From the NCBI GenBank assembly GCA_963823665.1, contig CAWGMQ010000004.1, forward strand, positions 1,984,001 through 2,048,000: a stretch of DNA of 64,000 bases. The letters run 5' to 3'. A program made the translations under genes and the position numbers. This DNA is from an uncultured Planctomycetota bacterium. Its GTDB lineage: Bacteria > Planctomycetota > Planctomycetia > Isosphaerales > Isosphaeraceae. The notes under the pieces are model-generated. The model was not told the origin of the DNA and did not search any database. It saw only the letters and a program-made list of their open reading frames with translations. This document shows, piece by piece, positions 41,162 to 54,416 of this stretch; within the stretch, counting starts at the first letter, position 1, and each line of letters begins with the position of its first letter.

Positions 41162-42712
41162 ATGCTCGGCAGTCGTGAAGAGGAAAACCGGACGTTGTCA
41201 CCACATGATCCCAAGCCCGAGGTGCAGCCTCGGCCCACCTTTCGACACACGCGGTCCATATTCCTGCGCGGGCTCGGGCTTACCTACTTCGCCGCCTTTA
41301 GCTCGATGGCGGCACAGGTTGACGGGCTCATTGGCTCGCACGGAATCCTGCCGGTCGCCCAGTTCTTCGAGCAAGCAAGCCTCACACTTAGCCCGCGGCT
41401 GAAAGCCTACTGGCTTTTTCCTAGCGCGCTCTGGCTCAATGCGTCCGATCACGCCCTTCATGCGCTTTGCTGGGGCGGCATGTTTTGTGGCGCCATGCTT
41501 TTCCTCGGAATCATGCCGGGGCTGTGCACGGTATTGCTCTGGCTCGCCTATCTCTCGATCACGGTGGCCGGCCAGGTTTTTCTTGGTTATCAATGGGACG
41601 GCCTCCTGCTCGAGACGGGCCTGCTGGCGATTCTCATGGTACCGTGGAAGCTCCGGCTGAATCGCGCCACTGACGAACCTTGGTCGTTCACAATCTGGCT
41701 GGTGCGCTGGCTCGTTTTTCGCTTGATGTTCATGTCGGGCGTCGCCAAGCTGATGAGCAAGGATCCTACATGGTGGGGCTTCACTGCGCTCGATTTTCAC
41801 TATGAAACACAGCCTTTGCCGACTTGGACAAGCTGGTATGTCCACCAGATGCCTCGGTGGTTTCACCAGGGCTCGATTGGTTTCATGTTCTACGCCGAGC
41901 TCATTGCGCCGTTCCTCTTGCTCGGCACAAAATGGATGCGTCTTACGGGTTTCGCCAGTATGGTCCTTTTGCAGCTCTTGATCGCGGCAACCGGAAATTA
42001 TGGCTTTTTCAACGTGCTTTCGATCGTGCTCTGCGTGACCATCCTGGATGACCAGGATTGGGATCCCCTGATCGGCGCCGCGCGTCGCCTTTGCCCGCCG
42101 TTCGACAGTTCGCGCGGTGCCGAGACGAATCCGAGCGCCCTCCCCAGGCAATGGTCGCTCGCCCGTCGAGTCGTCGTGGGCACCGCTGGTGCCGTCTTGA
42201 TCGGTGTGACCTCCCAGCGGCTGCTGGAGCGACTCTGGCCGGGAACTGACGCTCCATTTCCATTACCGTGGCTGGCTGACCGGCTTGAGCCCTTACGGAG
42301 CACCAACTCCTATGGCCTGTTCGCCGTGATGACGATCGAACGCCGTGAGATTACCATCGAAGGCAGCAACGACGGCGTGAGCTGGAAACCGTACCATTTC
42401 CGCTGGAAGCCGGACGAGCCGGATCGATCGCCAGGGTTCATGACCCCGCACATGCCTCGGCTGGACTGGCAACTCTGGTTCGCCGCCCTCTATCACGACT
42501 GTCGTGCACAACCGTGGTTTCTCAAATTCGAGCAGCGTCTCCTCTCGGGTTCGCCCGAGGTGCTGTCACTCCTGCGCGAAAACCCGTTTCCCGGCCAACC
42601 CCCGCGATTTGTACGAGCGCGATTGTATCGTTATACGTTCACGCGACTTGGTTCGCCGCAGTGGTGGGATCGAGAAGAACAGGGGCTATACTGCCCGCCA
42701 ATGGAAAAATAG
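41162..42712 (+). CDS. Lipase maturation factor family protein
   Basis: YQWD.LLLETG, FRLMF.SG..K, HYETQPLP, YGLFA and PHMPRLDWQLWF motifs. Confidence 0.92.
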   Translation: MLGSREEENRTLSPHDPKPEVQPRPTFRHTRSIFLRGLGLTYFAAFSSMAAQVDGLIGSHGILPVAQFFEQASLTLSPRLKAYWLFPSALWLNASDHALHALCWGGMFCGAMLFLGIMPGLCTVLLWLAYLSITVAGQVFLGYQWDGLLLETGLLAILMVPWKLRLNRATDEPWSFTIWLVRWLVFRLMFMSGVAKLMSKDPTWWGFTALDFHYETQPLPTWTSWYVHQMPRWFHQGSIGFMFYAELIAPFLLLGTKWMRLTGFASMVLLQLLIAATGNYGFFNVLSIVLCVTILDDQDWDPLIGAARRLCPPFDSSRGAETNPSALPRQWSLARRVVVGTAGAVLIGVTSQRLLERLWPGTDAPFPLPWLADRLEPLRSTNSYGLFAVMTIERREITIEGSNDGVSWKPYHFRWKPDEPDRSPGFMTPHMPRLDWQLWFAALYHDCRAQPWFLKFEQRLLSGSPEVLSLLRENPFPGQPPRFVRARLYRYTFTRLGSPQWWDREEQGLYCPPMEK

Positions 42713-42776
42713 TTGCGTTTTTTGTTGGTGAGCTCCGCGTAAACGGGCTCAAACGACCGCATTTAACCAGCATCCG

Positions 42777-44948
42777 TTACCCCGTGATTCCCCGCGGCGC
42801 CAGAGGGAGCGAGCGTAGTCGAACACCGGTCGCGCGGAAGATCGCATTGCCGATTGCCGGCGCAATCGCAACGATTGGAGTTTCGCCCGCCCCGGCCGAC
42901 GGCAGGTCTTTCCGATCGAGTAAGACGACTTCGATCGCCGGTGTGTCGCGAAATCGTGGGACCCGATAACGAGAAAACCGCGCGTTCGTGATCCGGCTGT
43001 CTTCGAACTCGATGGCTTCGAAGAGCGCGCCCCCCAATCCCATGACCATGGCGCCTTCGACCTGGTTCTTGAGATGGTCGGGGTTGACGATCGCACCACA
43101 CTCGAAAGCGCTCGTTGCGCGGATCACCTGCACGCGGCCGTTTGACGGGTCGACGGCAACCTCCACGCACGTGGCGATGTAGCCCCCCTTGTCGGATCCG
43201 ACGGCTATTCCATTCCCATGCCCGGCCTCGCACTTCTTTCCCCAGTCGAAGGCCTTGGCCGCAGCCTCGAGCACGGCGCGAAGCCGCGGGTTCTTGAGGT
43301 TTTTCAGCCGAAACTCGAGCGGATCGATCCCGGCGGCATTTGCAAGCTCGTCCATGTGCGACTCGCGTGCAAAGTGGTTGGCCGTGGCGGCAAGTGCTCG
43401 ATAAGATCCCTGGCGAAGAGGAAACTCGACCGCATGGAATTCAGATTGCTGGCTGGGGATGGCATACGGCGAGTCGACGGCGGCACGACCCGAATTGTAG
43501 TTGTGGAATTCCCAGGCCGAAAGCATTCCGTCGCGCCGAACGCCGCTCTTGACCTCGATCACACCGGCCGGGCGGAAGTAGGCCCATGTAAACTCTTCCT
43601 CCCGCGTCCACACGAGCCTGACCGGCTTGCCGGCTCCCCGGGCCAGGCGAGCCGCCTCGACGGCCGCCTCACCGGTGTGCTTGCCCCCGTATCCGGCGCC
43701 CGTGTCGGGCACGATCACTCGCACCGCCTCGGCGGAAAGCCCGAACGCGCGCGTGAGCTCGTCGCGCACGCCGAACGGACGCTGAGACCCAGTCCATACC
43801 GTCAGCTTTCCATCTTCCCACCGGGCGACGGCCGCACGCGGCTCGAGCGGCGCATGGGCGATGTAGGCAATCGTATAAGTCTGCTCCAGGCGGATATCCG
43901 CGGATTCCCGGCCATTCACGGCCGCGCCGCTCTTCCCCTCGCCATCGCTGTCACGAGCGCCCCTCGCCCGGCGACCCCGCGACTTGAAGTTGTCGTAGAG
44001 GTCCTTCCCGGAGAGCGGCGGACCGGGTTTCCACTCGGCTTTGATCGCAGCCAGCGCACGCGACGCCGCCAGACTGCTCGGCGCCACAACTCCGACAAAA
44101 TCCCCATCGTGCACCACGGCCACGCCCGGCAGCAACCTGGCGCCACTCAGATCGACCGACGACAGCGTCGCACCTAACGACAGCGGCCGCAGCACTTTCC
44201 CGAACATCATTCCCGGCAGCTTGACGTCCGACGCGTATTGATGGCCTCCCGTCACAAACGACCGGCCGTCGACTTTCGGCTGTGAGGCTCCCGCGATCGT
44301 CCAGCTTGCAGGCGCGGTCGGCACTGTCTGGTCGCTGACGGCTTTGGTGAGCTTCTGGCCTTTGGTCAGCTTTCCAAACTCGAGCTTCTGCCCGGTGCCG
44401 GAATGGACGATGCTGCCGCTTGCCGCTTTGAGCAACGTGCGATCCGTCTTCCACGTGTCGGCCGCCAGGTCGATCAACATCTCGCGCGCCGCAGCAGCCG
44501 TGCGCCTCAAACGCTGCGACATATCCGGTGTGGTGCGGCTACCGAAAGTGCCCGCGTCGAATGGCGTCAACTGCGTGTCGGCCATCACCATGTGAATCGA
44601 TTGTGGCGCAGCGTGAAGTTCGTCGGCAACGACTTGCGTTAGTGACGTGCGGATGTTCTGACCGACCTCGGCCTTTCCCGTGTAGACGCTGATCGTGCCA
44701 TCTTCGCTGATGTGAAGCCAAGCGGCGATGTCCCTCGGAGCCTGGCCTCCTCCTCCTCCGCGGCGGCGCCCACCCGGCTGCTGCTCGGCGTGCGCCGTGT
44801 TCATTAGATGGAGGACTAGAATACCTCCACCCAGCGTCTTCAAGAATCCACGGCGGTCCAGGTCAAACCGGTACCCACGATCCTCGAAAAACTCGTACCG
44901 CTCGGGTTCGACTTCGAGTTCGATGGCCGCATTCCATGTCTCGTTCAT
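42777..44948 (-). CDS. Xanthine dehydrogenase family molybdopterin-binding subunit (IorB-like), Tat signal
   Basis: DRRGFLK, KAEVGQ, HAPLEPR, GYGGK and GAGE motifs. Confidence 0.9.
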   Translation of the reverse strand: MNETWNAAIELEVEPERYEFFEDRGYRFDLDRRGFLKTLGGGILVLHLMNTAHAEQQPGGRRRGGGGGQAPRDIAAWLHISEDGTISVYTGKAEVGQNIRTSLTQVVADELHAAPQSIHMVMADTQLTPFDAGTFGSRTTPDMSQRLRRTAAAAREMLIDLAADTWKTDRTLLKAASGSIVHSGTGQKLEFGKLTKGQKLTKAVSDQTVPTAPASWTIAGASQPKVDGRSFVTGGHQYASDVKLPGMMFGKVLRPLSLGATLSSVDLSGARLLPGVAVVHDGDFVGVVAPSSLAASRALAAIKAEWKPGPPLSGKDLYDNFKSRGRRARGARDSDGEGKSGAAVNGRESADIRLEQTYTIAYIAHAPLEPRAAVARWEDGKLTVWTGSQRPFGVRDELTRAFGLSAEAVRVIVPDTGAGYGGKHTGEAAVEAARLARGAGKPVRLVWTREEEFTWAYFRPAGVIEVKSGVRRDGMLSAWEFHNYNSGRAAVDSPYAIPSQQSEFHAVEFPLRQGSYRALAATANHFARESHMDELANAAGIDPLEFRLKNLKNPRLRAVLEAAAKAFDWGKKCEAGHGNGIAVGSDKGGYIATCVEVAVDPSNGRVQVIRATSAFECGAIVNPDHLKNQVEGAMVMGLGGALFEAIEFEDSRITNARFSRYRVPRFRDTPAIEVVLLDRKDLPSAGAGETPIVAIAPAIGNAIFRATGVRLRSLPLAPRGITG

Positions 44949-45424
44949 CGGCGCGCCTCCTTCAACGTTTTGGCTGCACCGGAGACGGCCGCGAGGATCC
45001 GCGGATAAATTCCGCAACGGCAGATATTGCCGTTCATGTACTCTACGATCTCCTCACGCGTGGGATTGGGGTTCTTGCCCAGCAGAGCGACTCCCGACAT
45101 GATCATTCCGCAAGTGCAATAGCCGCACTGCATGGCACCTGTGTCGAGGAATGCTTCTTGAAGCGGATGCAACTTGCCGTCTCGTTCAAGACCCTCGATC
45201 GTGGTGATCTCTCCGGAGGTAACCGTTTTGAGCGCCGTCACACAAGACCGAACCGGCGCCCCGTCGACCAGCACAGTGCACGCACCGCACCGGCCTTCAC
45301 CGCATCCGTATTTCGCGCCCGAGAGACCAAGATCCTCACGGAGGAGATCGAGCAACGATCGCTCCTCTTCTGCATCAACGTTGACTTGACTTCCATTGAT
45401 TCGGAGCTTCTTGACGTTGGGCAT
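44945..45424 (-). CDS. (2Fe-2S)-binding subunit (IorA/CoxS-like)
   Basis: KYGCGEGRCGAC, QCGYC and NICRC motifs. Confidence 0.95.
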   Translation of the reverse strand: MPNVKKLRINGSQVNVDAEEERSLLDLLREDLGLSGAKYGCGEGRCGACTVLVDGAPVRSCVTALKTVTSGEITTIEGLERDGKLHPLQEAFLDTGAMQCGYCTCGMIMSGVALLGKNPNPTREEIVEYMNGNICRCGIYPRILAAVSGAAKTLKEARR

Positions 45425-45477
45425 GAGGTTGCTCCTCGAGGTTCAGAACCCGCACACCTTGTTCGACCAGAACGGAG

Positions 45478-46503
45478 TCACGGCTTCAGGGCCAGGATCG
45501 CATCGAGCGGCGAGGGCGTTGTTGATCCGTGCACCGGCGAGAAGCCGACTTGCTCGAGCAGACGCCGATACTCGGAAAGTGTGCGTTCCTTGCCTTCGGT
45601 GTAGAGTAACATGCCCAGGTTCTGCATGTGAGCCCATCGTGGTCCGGTGCGGTCTTCCGAGATCATCTTCTCGGCGATGAGCAATCCGCCCCCGGCGGGT
45701 AACCGCTCGAAGATGCGCTGCAACAATGTGATAACTTTCGCTTCAGTCCAGTCGTGGAGAATTCGCCCCACGCTGAAAAGGTCTCCCTCGGGGAGCCGGT
45801 CGACGAAGAAATCCCCCGAGATGAGCTCGATCCGGCCCGCAACATCCGAACCAGCGACGATCTCTCGGGCCAGCGGCCCGGCTTCTGGCAGGTCGAATAC
45901 TGTGGCTCGCAGGCCGGGATATCGCTCGCACGCGGCAATCGCGAGATGTCCGGTTGCCCCGCCGAGGTCGATCAATCGGCTGAAACGGCTCAAATCAAAC
46001 GCGGCAACCACCTGCGGCGAGCTGATCAGGCCATACCCATGCATGGCCATCAGAAATTCCCGCATCGCCTCTTCCGTGCGAAAGAAGTTCGAGAAAATCG
46101 GACCGTCCCAGCCAAAGGTCTGTTGCCAGCGATTGGTCCCTTCGCGGACTGCATCCTCCAGGTTGCCCCACAGCTTCCAGAGAATGGCGTTTGAGTAGCT
46201 GATATAACCGGTTAACCGAAACGGGCTCTCCTTGCAAAGGTAGGCGCCGGCAGCAGCGGTGTTTTCGTACTGTCCTGCCGACCGCTTGAGCAATTGCAGT
46301 ACCACGCAGGCATCGAGCAGGCGTTCGAGCGCATCGAGATTGAGCTTGAGTTCCTCTGCCAGAGTGGACAACGACTTGGGACCCGCTGCAAGCACGTCGA
46401 AGATGCCCAGCGACACCGCAGCGAACATCGTTTTCGAGCGTCGGAATGATTCGAGTAAATCGAGAACCACACCGGGATCGGCCTTCGATTCGTCGCTCGC
46501 CAT
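45478..46503 (-). CDS. SAM-dependent O-methyltransferase (acetylserotonin O-methyltransferase-like)
   Basis: Dimerisation domain, DLGGATG, FDLP, GDFF, ILHDW and GKERT motifs. Confidence 0.9.
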   Translation of the reverse strand: MASDESKADPGVVLDLLESFRRSKTMFAAVSLGIFDVLAAGPKSLSTLAEELKLNLDALERLLDACVVLQLLKRSAGQYENTAAAGAYLCKESPFRLTGYISYSNAILWKLWGNLEDAVREGTNRWQQTFGWDGPIFSNFFRTEEAMREFLMAMHGYGLISSPQVVAAFDLSRFSRLIDLGGATGHLAIAACERYPGLRATVFDLPEAGPLAREIVAGSDVAGRIELISGDFFVDRLPEGDLFSVGRILHDWTEAKVITLLQRIFERLPAGGGLLIAEKMISEDRTGPRWAHMQNLGMLLYTEGKERTLSEYRRLLEQVGFSPVHGSTTPSPLDAILALKP

Positions 46504-46619
46504 GCTGCTTGTTTCCTATTGCTGGCGCTGCTCCTTGGCCGTAGACCCGTGCATTCCCGCGCGCACAAACATGGTGGTCGACGAACTGACGAGCAGGGCC
46601 GCCGCCTCGGGCCTTTCGC

Positions 46620-47102
46620 TCAGACCAGGCTCGCGACGATGTCGTCAGCCAGGCGTTCCAGGACTTCACGCGTGAGCTGGCACGCAGCGGGCCGACGCTG
46701 TCGCGTCGTCTCGTCAAACGCGAACCGCTGCATGCGCAGCATTCCCTGGCGAAAGAGCCTCATTTCATAATACCCGCGCTCGGCATGCCGCGCGGTCGGG
46801 TTTTGGCTGCGAAGCTGCACCTCGCCCCCTCCCGCATCGACTTCGAGAACCTTGAGCGGCTCCATGAGGTAAGTTACCCGGCCGGAGAGCCGCGTACCCC
46901 ACTCATTGAGGGCCTCCGACGACCACTCGGAGCGGCCGGATGTCGTGAACTCGAGGGACGAAAATGCCAGCCCGACGGCATCGAGCGCCGTCAGGTGCAA
47001 AGTTACACGGTGCGGGCCGTCGTCGACGGAAACTGTGCAGGGCATGACGTATGCCCTGGTGTTTTCGTCAAGCGCGGCGGCGATCTTTTTGCTCAGACTC
47101 AT
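46620..47102 (-). CDS. Hypothetical protein overlapping the spoVR 3' end
   Basis: ATG 47102 with GGAGG upstream. 160-aa globular-looking ORF (TYLMEPL...RS.P...YYE...LTREVLERL). Confidence 0.7.
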   Translation of the reverse strand: MSLSKKIAAALDENTRAYVMPCTVSVDDGPHRVTLHLTALDAVGLAFSSLEFTTSGRSEWSSEALNEWGTRLSGRVTYLMEPLKVLEVDAGGGEVQLRSQNPTARHAERGYYEMRLFRQGMLRMQRFAFDETTRQRRPAACQLTREVLERLADDIVASLV

Positions 47103-48636
47103 GGGAAGAACCTCCCAATGGGCGGATCGAGTGATCGGTTCCATCAAAAGACAACAGGGTAGAACGCCCGTCGACGCTGGTCTCCAGGTGCACAGGGCGG
47201 CTCCAGAGCCGGTGCAAATGGCGCAGCGTGTCCTGAGCGTGGTCAATCCTCAGGTCCACGCCGAAGTACTCGTGAAGCAAGTAGAGCTCACCGCGGTTGC
47301 GGTGGTTCGCATCCTTCACCCGGATGATCGGCTGCCCGAAGTTGGTCAAATTGAAGAGCAATCGCTCCTTGATCTTCTTGAATTCGCGGCTTTCGATTTC
47401 GTACATCTCGGACTGGTCGTTGTGCCGGTAGCTGAAGAGCTGGTAGCGACGGCAGAAATCCACCGTCAAGAACGTATCGATAAACGTCACGTCGTTGTGA
47501 ATGCGCCTGACCTCGAATATCTTCTGGCGGCCCAGGCCGAGCTGCCTGTCCCACTTCCGCCGGGCGTCCAGATTATCGCATTCATCCCACTCCGAGCCGA
47601 ACTGCCCCTTGTTCCACCGCTCCTCGATGTCGCGCAAAAGCTCGATTCCCAGCTTGTAAGGATTCAAGCGGCCCGGCTGCGTGGCCATGGTGCCCGAGTG
47701 GTGGTCGGCGTAGTCGACCAGCTCGGAAGGAGCAAGCGTGCGCTGGGTCATGATCGTTGAGTGCCAGTAAGAAGCCCAGCCTTCATTCATGATCTTGGTC
47801 TGGCCTTGCGGCGCGAAGTAGTAAGCCTCCTCGCGTATGATCGCCAGCACGTCGTGCTGCCACGCCTTGAGCGGCGCGTGCTCGAGCAGGAAGAGCAAGA
47901 CATCACGCTCTGGCTGCTCCGGCAGCGAGTTCGGCTTGGCTTTCTCCTTTTCCAGCTCACTCTCCCGCTTGCGCGCTTCTTCCTTCAAGACCGCGGGTGG
48001 ATTGACGAACGAATCCATGTAGTCCTTGCTCTGAAACCTGGTCGGCTCGGGCCCCTTGTCGTTTTCCGCGACGAAGTCGTAGCGATTGATCTCCTCGCGA
48101 CGCTTGATCAACGGCGAATAAATGTCGATCAAGTTCTCGAGCGAGAGGCAGCTATCGATGAAGTTCTCAACCGTTTCCTCACCCTGCCGCTCCATATGAG
48201 TGCGGATGCGCGAACCGTGGTTGGCCATCTCGTCCATCATCTTGCGGTTCGTTTGACTGAACCAGATGTTGTTCTTGAAGAAGTCGTTATGCCCATAGAC
48301 GTGAGCCATCACCAGCTTCTGATCGACTAACTGATTGCAGCGCAGAAGATAGGCGTAGCACGGGTCGTTATTGATGACCATCTCATAGATCTTTTGCAGC
48401 CCGTAGCGATAGCCCTTGGCGAGATGCTGATACTCCATGCCGAACCGCCAGTGCGGGTAGCGCGTCGGGAATCCGCCCAGGGCGGCGATTTCGGAAAGCT
48501 CGTCGTAGTCGAGCACCTCGAAGATCGTGTCGTAGAAATCCAGTCCATAGGCGCGCGCATGGGCTTCCGTCTCGAGCTGGATCGCACGCAAGTCATCAGG
48601 GAGGTTGTGAACGTTGACCGTCGACATGAACTTCAT
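47068..48636 (-). CDS. spoVR: SpoVR/YcgB family protein
   Basis: GFPTRYPHWRFG, YEMVIN, AHVYGHNDFFKNN, TKIMNEGWASYWH and NPYKLG motifs. Confidence 0.95.
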   Translation of the reverse strand: MKFMSTVNVHNLPDDLRAIQLETEAHARAYGLDFYDTIFEVLDYDELSEIAALGGFPTRYPHWRFGMEYQHLAKGYRYGLQKIYEMVINNDPCYAYLLRCNQLVDQKLVMAHVYGHNDFFKNNIWFSQTNRKMMDEMANHGSRIRTHMERQGEETVENFIDSCLSLENLIDIYSPLIKRREEINRYDFVAENDKGPEPTRFQSKDYMDSFVNPPAVLKEEARKRESELEKEKAKPNSLPEQPERDVLLFLLEHAPLKAWQHDVLAIIREEAYYFAPQGQTKIMNEGWASYWHSTIMTQRTLAPSELVDYADHHSGTMATQPGRLNPYKLGIELLRDIEERWNKGQFGSEWDECDNLDARRKWDRQLGLGRQKIFEVRRIHNDVTFIDTFLTVDFCRRYQLFSYRHNDQSEMYEIESREFKKIKERLLFNLTNFGQPIIRVKDANHRNRGELYLLHEYFGVDLRIDHAQDTLRHLHRLWSRPVHLETSVDGRSTLLSFDGTDHSIRPLGGSSHESEQKDRRRA

Positions 48637-48710
48637 CCCGCTGGAATAGGGAACTCGCGGTTTCTCACTAGTTCGTACGATCTCAAGAGCAACGTTGTTG
48701 GATTCCGATC

Positions 48711-49394
48711 TCAGCGTTTCTTCTTGTTCTGGCCCCGGACGCGCGGCTTGAGCGTTCGCCGAACCCAATATCTTAAGTCCTTGATCCAGTCCGTGTCCGA
48801 GACGGCCTGTGGCTGGCTAACCCATTCGAACACCTCGGATCCGGCCAGGAACGGGAATGCGGCGCTGGAAGCAGATTTGGCATAACTCCCATTCGACTGA
48901 AGGACCAGGATCACGAGCCGGGTTTCGTCACAGACCCAGAACTCAGGCACCTTCAATCTGCGGTACACCTCAACAGCGGCATCAGCCTCATGGAGGTAGA
49001 CGGCCTCGATCGCCAGGTCGGGAGGCGGATCGATCTTCAGCTGGATCTTGTCCTTGCCCCGGACGCGCTCCGCGTTCTCCGGGTAGTACGTATGGTCTCC
49101 TTCAACTCCGCCACGTTTTGCCCGGCGGCGAAGCGTTGTCGAACCTGCCATCATGCAGGGGATTTCCAGTCCGACCACAACCTCCGTGACGAATTGCCCG
49201 AGTCGATTTTTCAACCGCTCACGCGGAAACGATGGCGACATCAGCCACACTGTCCCATCGAGATAGACGATTTTGGGCACGGCACGTTCGCCACGAAGCC
49301 GCAAGAGCGTGGAATAATCCTTCCATGCCAGAGCACGAAGGGCCACGCACTGGTCCTGGCCCGTCTCAATCGTTTCGATCGTCGCTGTCGCCAT
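48711..49394 (-). CDS. Uma2 family (DUF820) endonuclease-fold protein
   Basis: GSTTLRR...VEGD..Y...PPPDLAIE...Y..L.VPEFW. Confidence 0.88.
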   Translation of the reverse strand: MATATIETIETGQDQCVALRALAWKDYSTLLRLRGERAVPKIVYLDGTVWLMSPSFPRERLKNRLGQFVTEVVVGLEIPCMMAGSTTLRRRAKRGGVEGDHTYYPENAERVRGKDKIQLKIDPPPDLAIEAVYLHEADAAVEVYRRLKVPEFWVCDETRLVILVLQSNGSYAKSASSAAFPFLAGSEVFEWVSQPQAVSDTDWIKDLRYWVRRTLKPRVRGQNKKKR

Positions 49395-49438
49395 GCTTAA
49401 TGACACTCAGTCTCGCCCTCGCGAGAGCTTACGGTTGA

Positions 49439-50073
49439 TCAGGAAAGTATGTCACGAACCTTCAGACGTGCCAGCTCGCGTCCTGCGAGGATGATGGGTA
49501 CTTCGTCTTCCTCACCATACACTTTGCTGACCTGATACGCGGCGGTTTTCGCGCGCCCGAGGGCTCCGTATAAACCTCGATCTGGCGCAGGGGTAAGTTC
49601 ACGATCCAGTAAACGGGAATCTTGGATTCAGCATACTTCCGCCATTTGATTCCGCGATCCTTTGCATAGGATGTATCGGCCACTTCGACGAGCGCTGCCA
49701 GATCCGCCGCGTTGGGAGAAATCGATCGATAGCGCTCATGTGGACCCTGGGCGATCGCGACGTCGGGTTCCGGACGCGAAAAACGGCCAAGAACGACCGA
49801 TTTCTCCTCGCGAACCACCCAGTCCGGGCCGACGACCGCACGGCACGTGTCGGCGATTGTAGTCACCGCGAAATTGTGCGGCGGGTGCTTGGTCATCTTG
49901 TCGACCAGAATCCCTTCCAGAAGCTCGACGTGGTCTCCGTCGCGGAAAACGCCCGCATCGATCATCTTTCTGAATTGGCGGACAGATACGCGATAGGGGA
50001 CCACGCCCGACGCACGGGCTTGTCGTGCGATTGGAGACGGCGCGGTTTTTGTCACGGACGGGGTCGACATCAT
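49439..50073 (-). CDS. Uma2 family endonuclease-fold protein (apparent frameshift near 49550)
   Basis: VELLEG, PEPDVAI, VEVADTS...DR..K..KYA...IPVYWIVNL. Confidence 0.88.
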
Positions 50074-50194
50074 CGGGCCTCACCCTTGGACCGCTCTCGG
50101 AATTCAGAAAGCTCGCGTTTTTTCTTGTTCAACTCGATTGTCTTTTCAATTCAATCTCGCGATTCTCATCCATGGCCTCGCTTCCCGGAAAAGC

Positions 50195-51298
50195 TCATTT
50201 CCCCCGCCCCAGAAACTCCTTGATCGAATCGTAAATCCCTTCCTTGTTCCGGATTTCCGAAAGCGCCAGGTTCTCTTCCTCTTCAAAGGCCTCTTCGAGC
50301 TCGCGGTAGAATTCGCCTGAGCCATACGGGCTCTCGACCTGGCCGTAGCAGAACAGGTTACACTTCGGCAGAAGCTGATCGCGCAGGAGGTTGATGCAGT
50401 GGCGGTTGTCTTCGCCCCAGTTGTCGCCGTCGGAGAAGTGGAAGATATAGATATTCCAGTCCATCTGGGGATGCTGGTCGTCGATGATCTTGTTGGCCAG
50501 GTTGTAGGCAGAGCTGATGCGAGTGCCGCCGCTTTCGCGAGTGTGATAAAATGTGTGCTCATCCACCTCGCGAGCCACGGCGTCGTGAATGATGTACCGA
50601 GTGGTCACGCCGTCGTACTGGCTCTTGAGCCAGGCGTCGATCCAGAATGCCTCGGCCCGCACAATTTCCTTCTGGTCGTCGGTCATCGACCCGGAAACGT
50701 CCATCAGGTAAAAGACGACCGCGTTGAACTGAGGCAGCGAGATCGGGTTCCACGATCGATAAAGCTTGTCTTCGCGAATGGGGATCACCAGCGGATCGCG
50801 CGGATCGTATGAGCTGGAGGCAATCTGCCGCTTGAGCGCTTTCTTGTAGGTGCGTTTGAAGTGGCGCAGGCTCTCGGGCCCCGCCTGGCGAATTCCCGTG
50901 TAGCGGTCTTTCTCCTCGACGATGTTGGCCCGGCCCTTGGGCTCGATGCGCGGCAGCGCCAGTTCTTCAGCCATGATCTGGGCGAGCTCGTCCATCGTCA
51001 GCTCGACTTCCAGGATGTGCTGCCCGGGTGCGTCACCGGCCCCGCCGCCGGCCTCCCCTTCACCCGATCGTCCGATCGGCGTGCCCACATCCCCGGGCCC
51101 TTGACCCACGCCGCCACGATTCTTCGTCCCGTAGCGGAATTCAGGAATGTCGATCTGGGGCAGGGGAATCGAGACAAACTCTCCCCCCGTCTTGCCGATC
51201 AGCTCGCCGTGCGTGATGTACTTACGCAGGTCGGACTTGATCTTGCCCCGGACGATCTGCTTGAACCGATTCGCATCTCGATCAATTTTTCGAACCAC
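50195..51298 (-). CDS. yeaH: YeaH/YhbH (DUF444) vWA-domain protein
   Basis: [31 protein letters not shown] and HFSDGDN motifs. Confidence 0.92.
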   Translation of the reverse strand: MVRKIDRDANRFKQIVRGKIKSDLRKYITHGELIGKTGGEFVSIPLPQIDIPEFRYGTKNRGGVGQGPGDVGTPIGRSGEGEAGGGAGDAPGQHILEVELTMDELAQIMAEELALPRIEPKGRANIVEEKDRYTGIRQAGPESLRHFKRTYKKALKRQIASSSYDPRDPLVIPIREDKLYRSWNPISLPQFNAVVFYLMDVSGSMTDDQKEIVRAEAFWIDAWLKSQYDGVTTRYIIHDAVAREVDEHTFYHTRESGGTRISSAYNLANKIIDDQHPQMDWNIYIFHFSDGDNWGEDNRHCINLLRDQLLPKCNLFCYGQVESPYGSGEFYRELEEAFEEEENLALSEIRNKEGIYDSIKEFLGRGK

Positions 51299-51633
51299 GG
51301 CTGGTTGGTCCTCGCCCCTGGGGTGTTGGGGCCTTGCCAGGTGTTTGCCCCGATTTCGACCACTGTCTGCACGGTCGCGCAGCACTTTGCGCTCCGGCCT
51401 CAGCGGTCCACCGAGCCGAAAAACAAAAGATCTTCAGGGGATCATTCGCGTGGAAAAGACGGGTAGGTGTGGGTCGAGGACGCTTCGGCTCGTTCTCTTT
51501 CCGGTCGCCAGTGCCAAAGACGCCGTGTATCCCCTAGCAAATTGTATTCCTGGAGCCCTTCGGTGTCCAAGCCAATTGGCAGGGACCTTTTGGTTTTCGA
51601 ACGGAATTTCGTCGTTTTCGAGCATCAAATCGC

Positions 51634-52311
51634 TCAATCCGGCCATGGCTCGACCGGTCCGACGGGTGAATCCTTGACGCCGTGCCAAAATTCCAGGTAC
51701 TTGTCACGCACGTAAGGGTTCAACTCGTTGGCGAACTCGGCGGACAGGTGAAGTGCCTCGATCAGAGCGATCACGTCGGCAAAGTCCTTCATCCGATGCA
51801 TTCCCCCCGTCATTCCCGAAGCGAGCTTGAGCTCCACGAGCTTCGGTAAGCTCACGTACCGGACACCCTTGATCTCAACCCCCACTTCGGCGGGGTCCGG
51901 AAACGCGACTGGCTTGGGATTGCCGTCGCCAGGGAATTGGCCCGCGATCAAGAATTCCACGCGGACGCCGTACTCGGCGTCACGAAGATTTTTGCTGCCG
52001 GAGAAAGGCGGGACGTACCCAAGTCCGTCCAGCTTCGCATGCAGCACGCTCAATCCTTCCCGCGTAACGAGAATGTCGACATCAACGGTAAGCCGCCGAA
52101 AACCATGCGCTTGGAGAGCCATTCCACCCGCAACCGCGTACGGAACGCCGATCGACTCAAGCCTTCCAGCAATCTTGCGCAGCGTCTTGAAAACCGAGTC
52201 TTCGCCTTGAAAAAACCGGTCGCCTTCGTCCATTGCCCAGTCCCAGTCCCTCTTCAGAATGTCTTCGTAGACAGGAACGCCCGCGGGGAGGCTCGTCGCA
52301 GCAGATTTCAT
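51634..52311 (-). CDS. Nucleotidyltransferase-fold protein (DUF6036-like)
   Basis: [20 protein letters not shown] and LVELKLASG...KD.AD motifs. Confidence 0.75.
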   Translation of the reverse strand: MKSAATSLPAGVPVYEDILKRDWDWAMDEGDRFFQGEDSVFKTLRKIAGRLESIGVPYAVAGGMALQAHGFRRLTVDVDILVTREGLSVLHAKLDGLGYVPPFSGSKNLRDAEYGVRVEFLIAGQFPGDGNPKPVAFPDPAEVGVEIKGVRYVSLPKLVELKLASGMTGGMHRMKDFADVIALIEALHLSAEFANELNPYVRDKYLEFWHGVKDSPVGPVEPWPD

Positions 52312-52349
52312 TTCCAGAGTCTCCCCGCGGTGTCGCTCTACTGAACCGA

Positions 52350-54416
<2,067 letters not shown>

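Noticed and set aside
51300..51633. Possible ncRNA or small gene between the NTase and yeaH
   Set aside because: No recognisable RNA family, stable structure or convincing ORF by eye.
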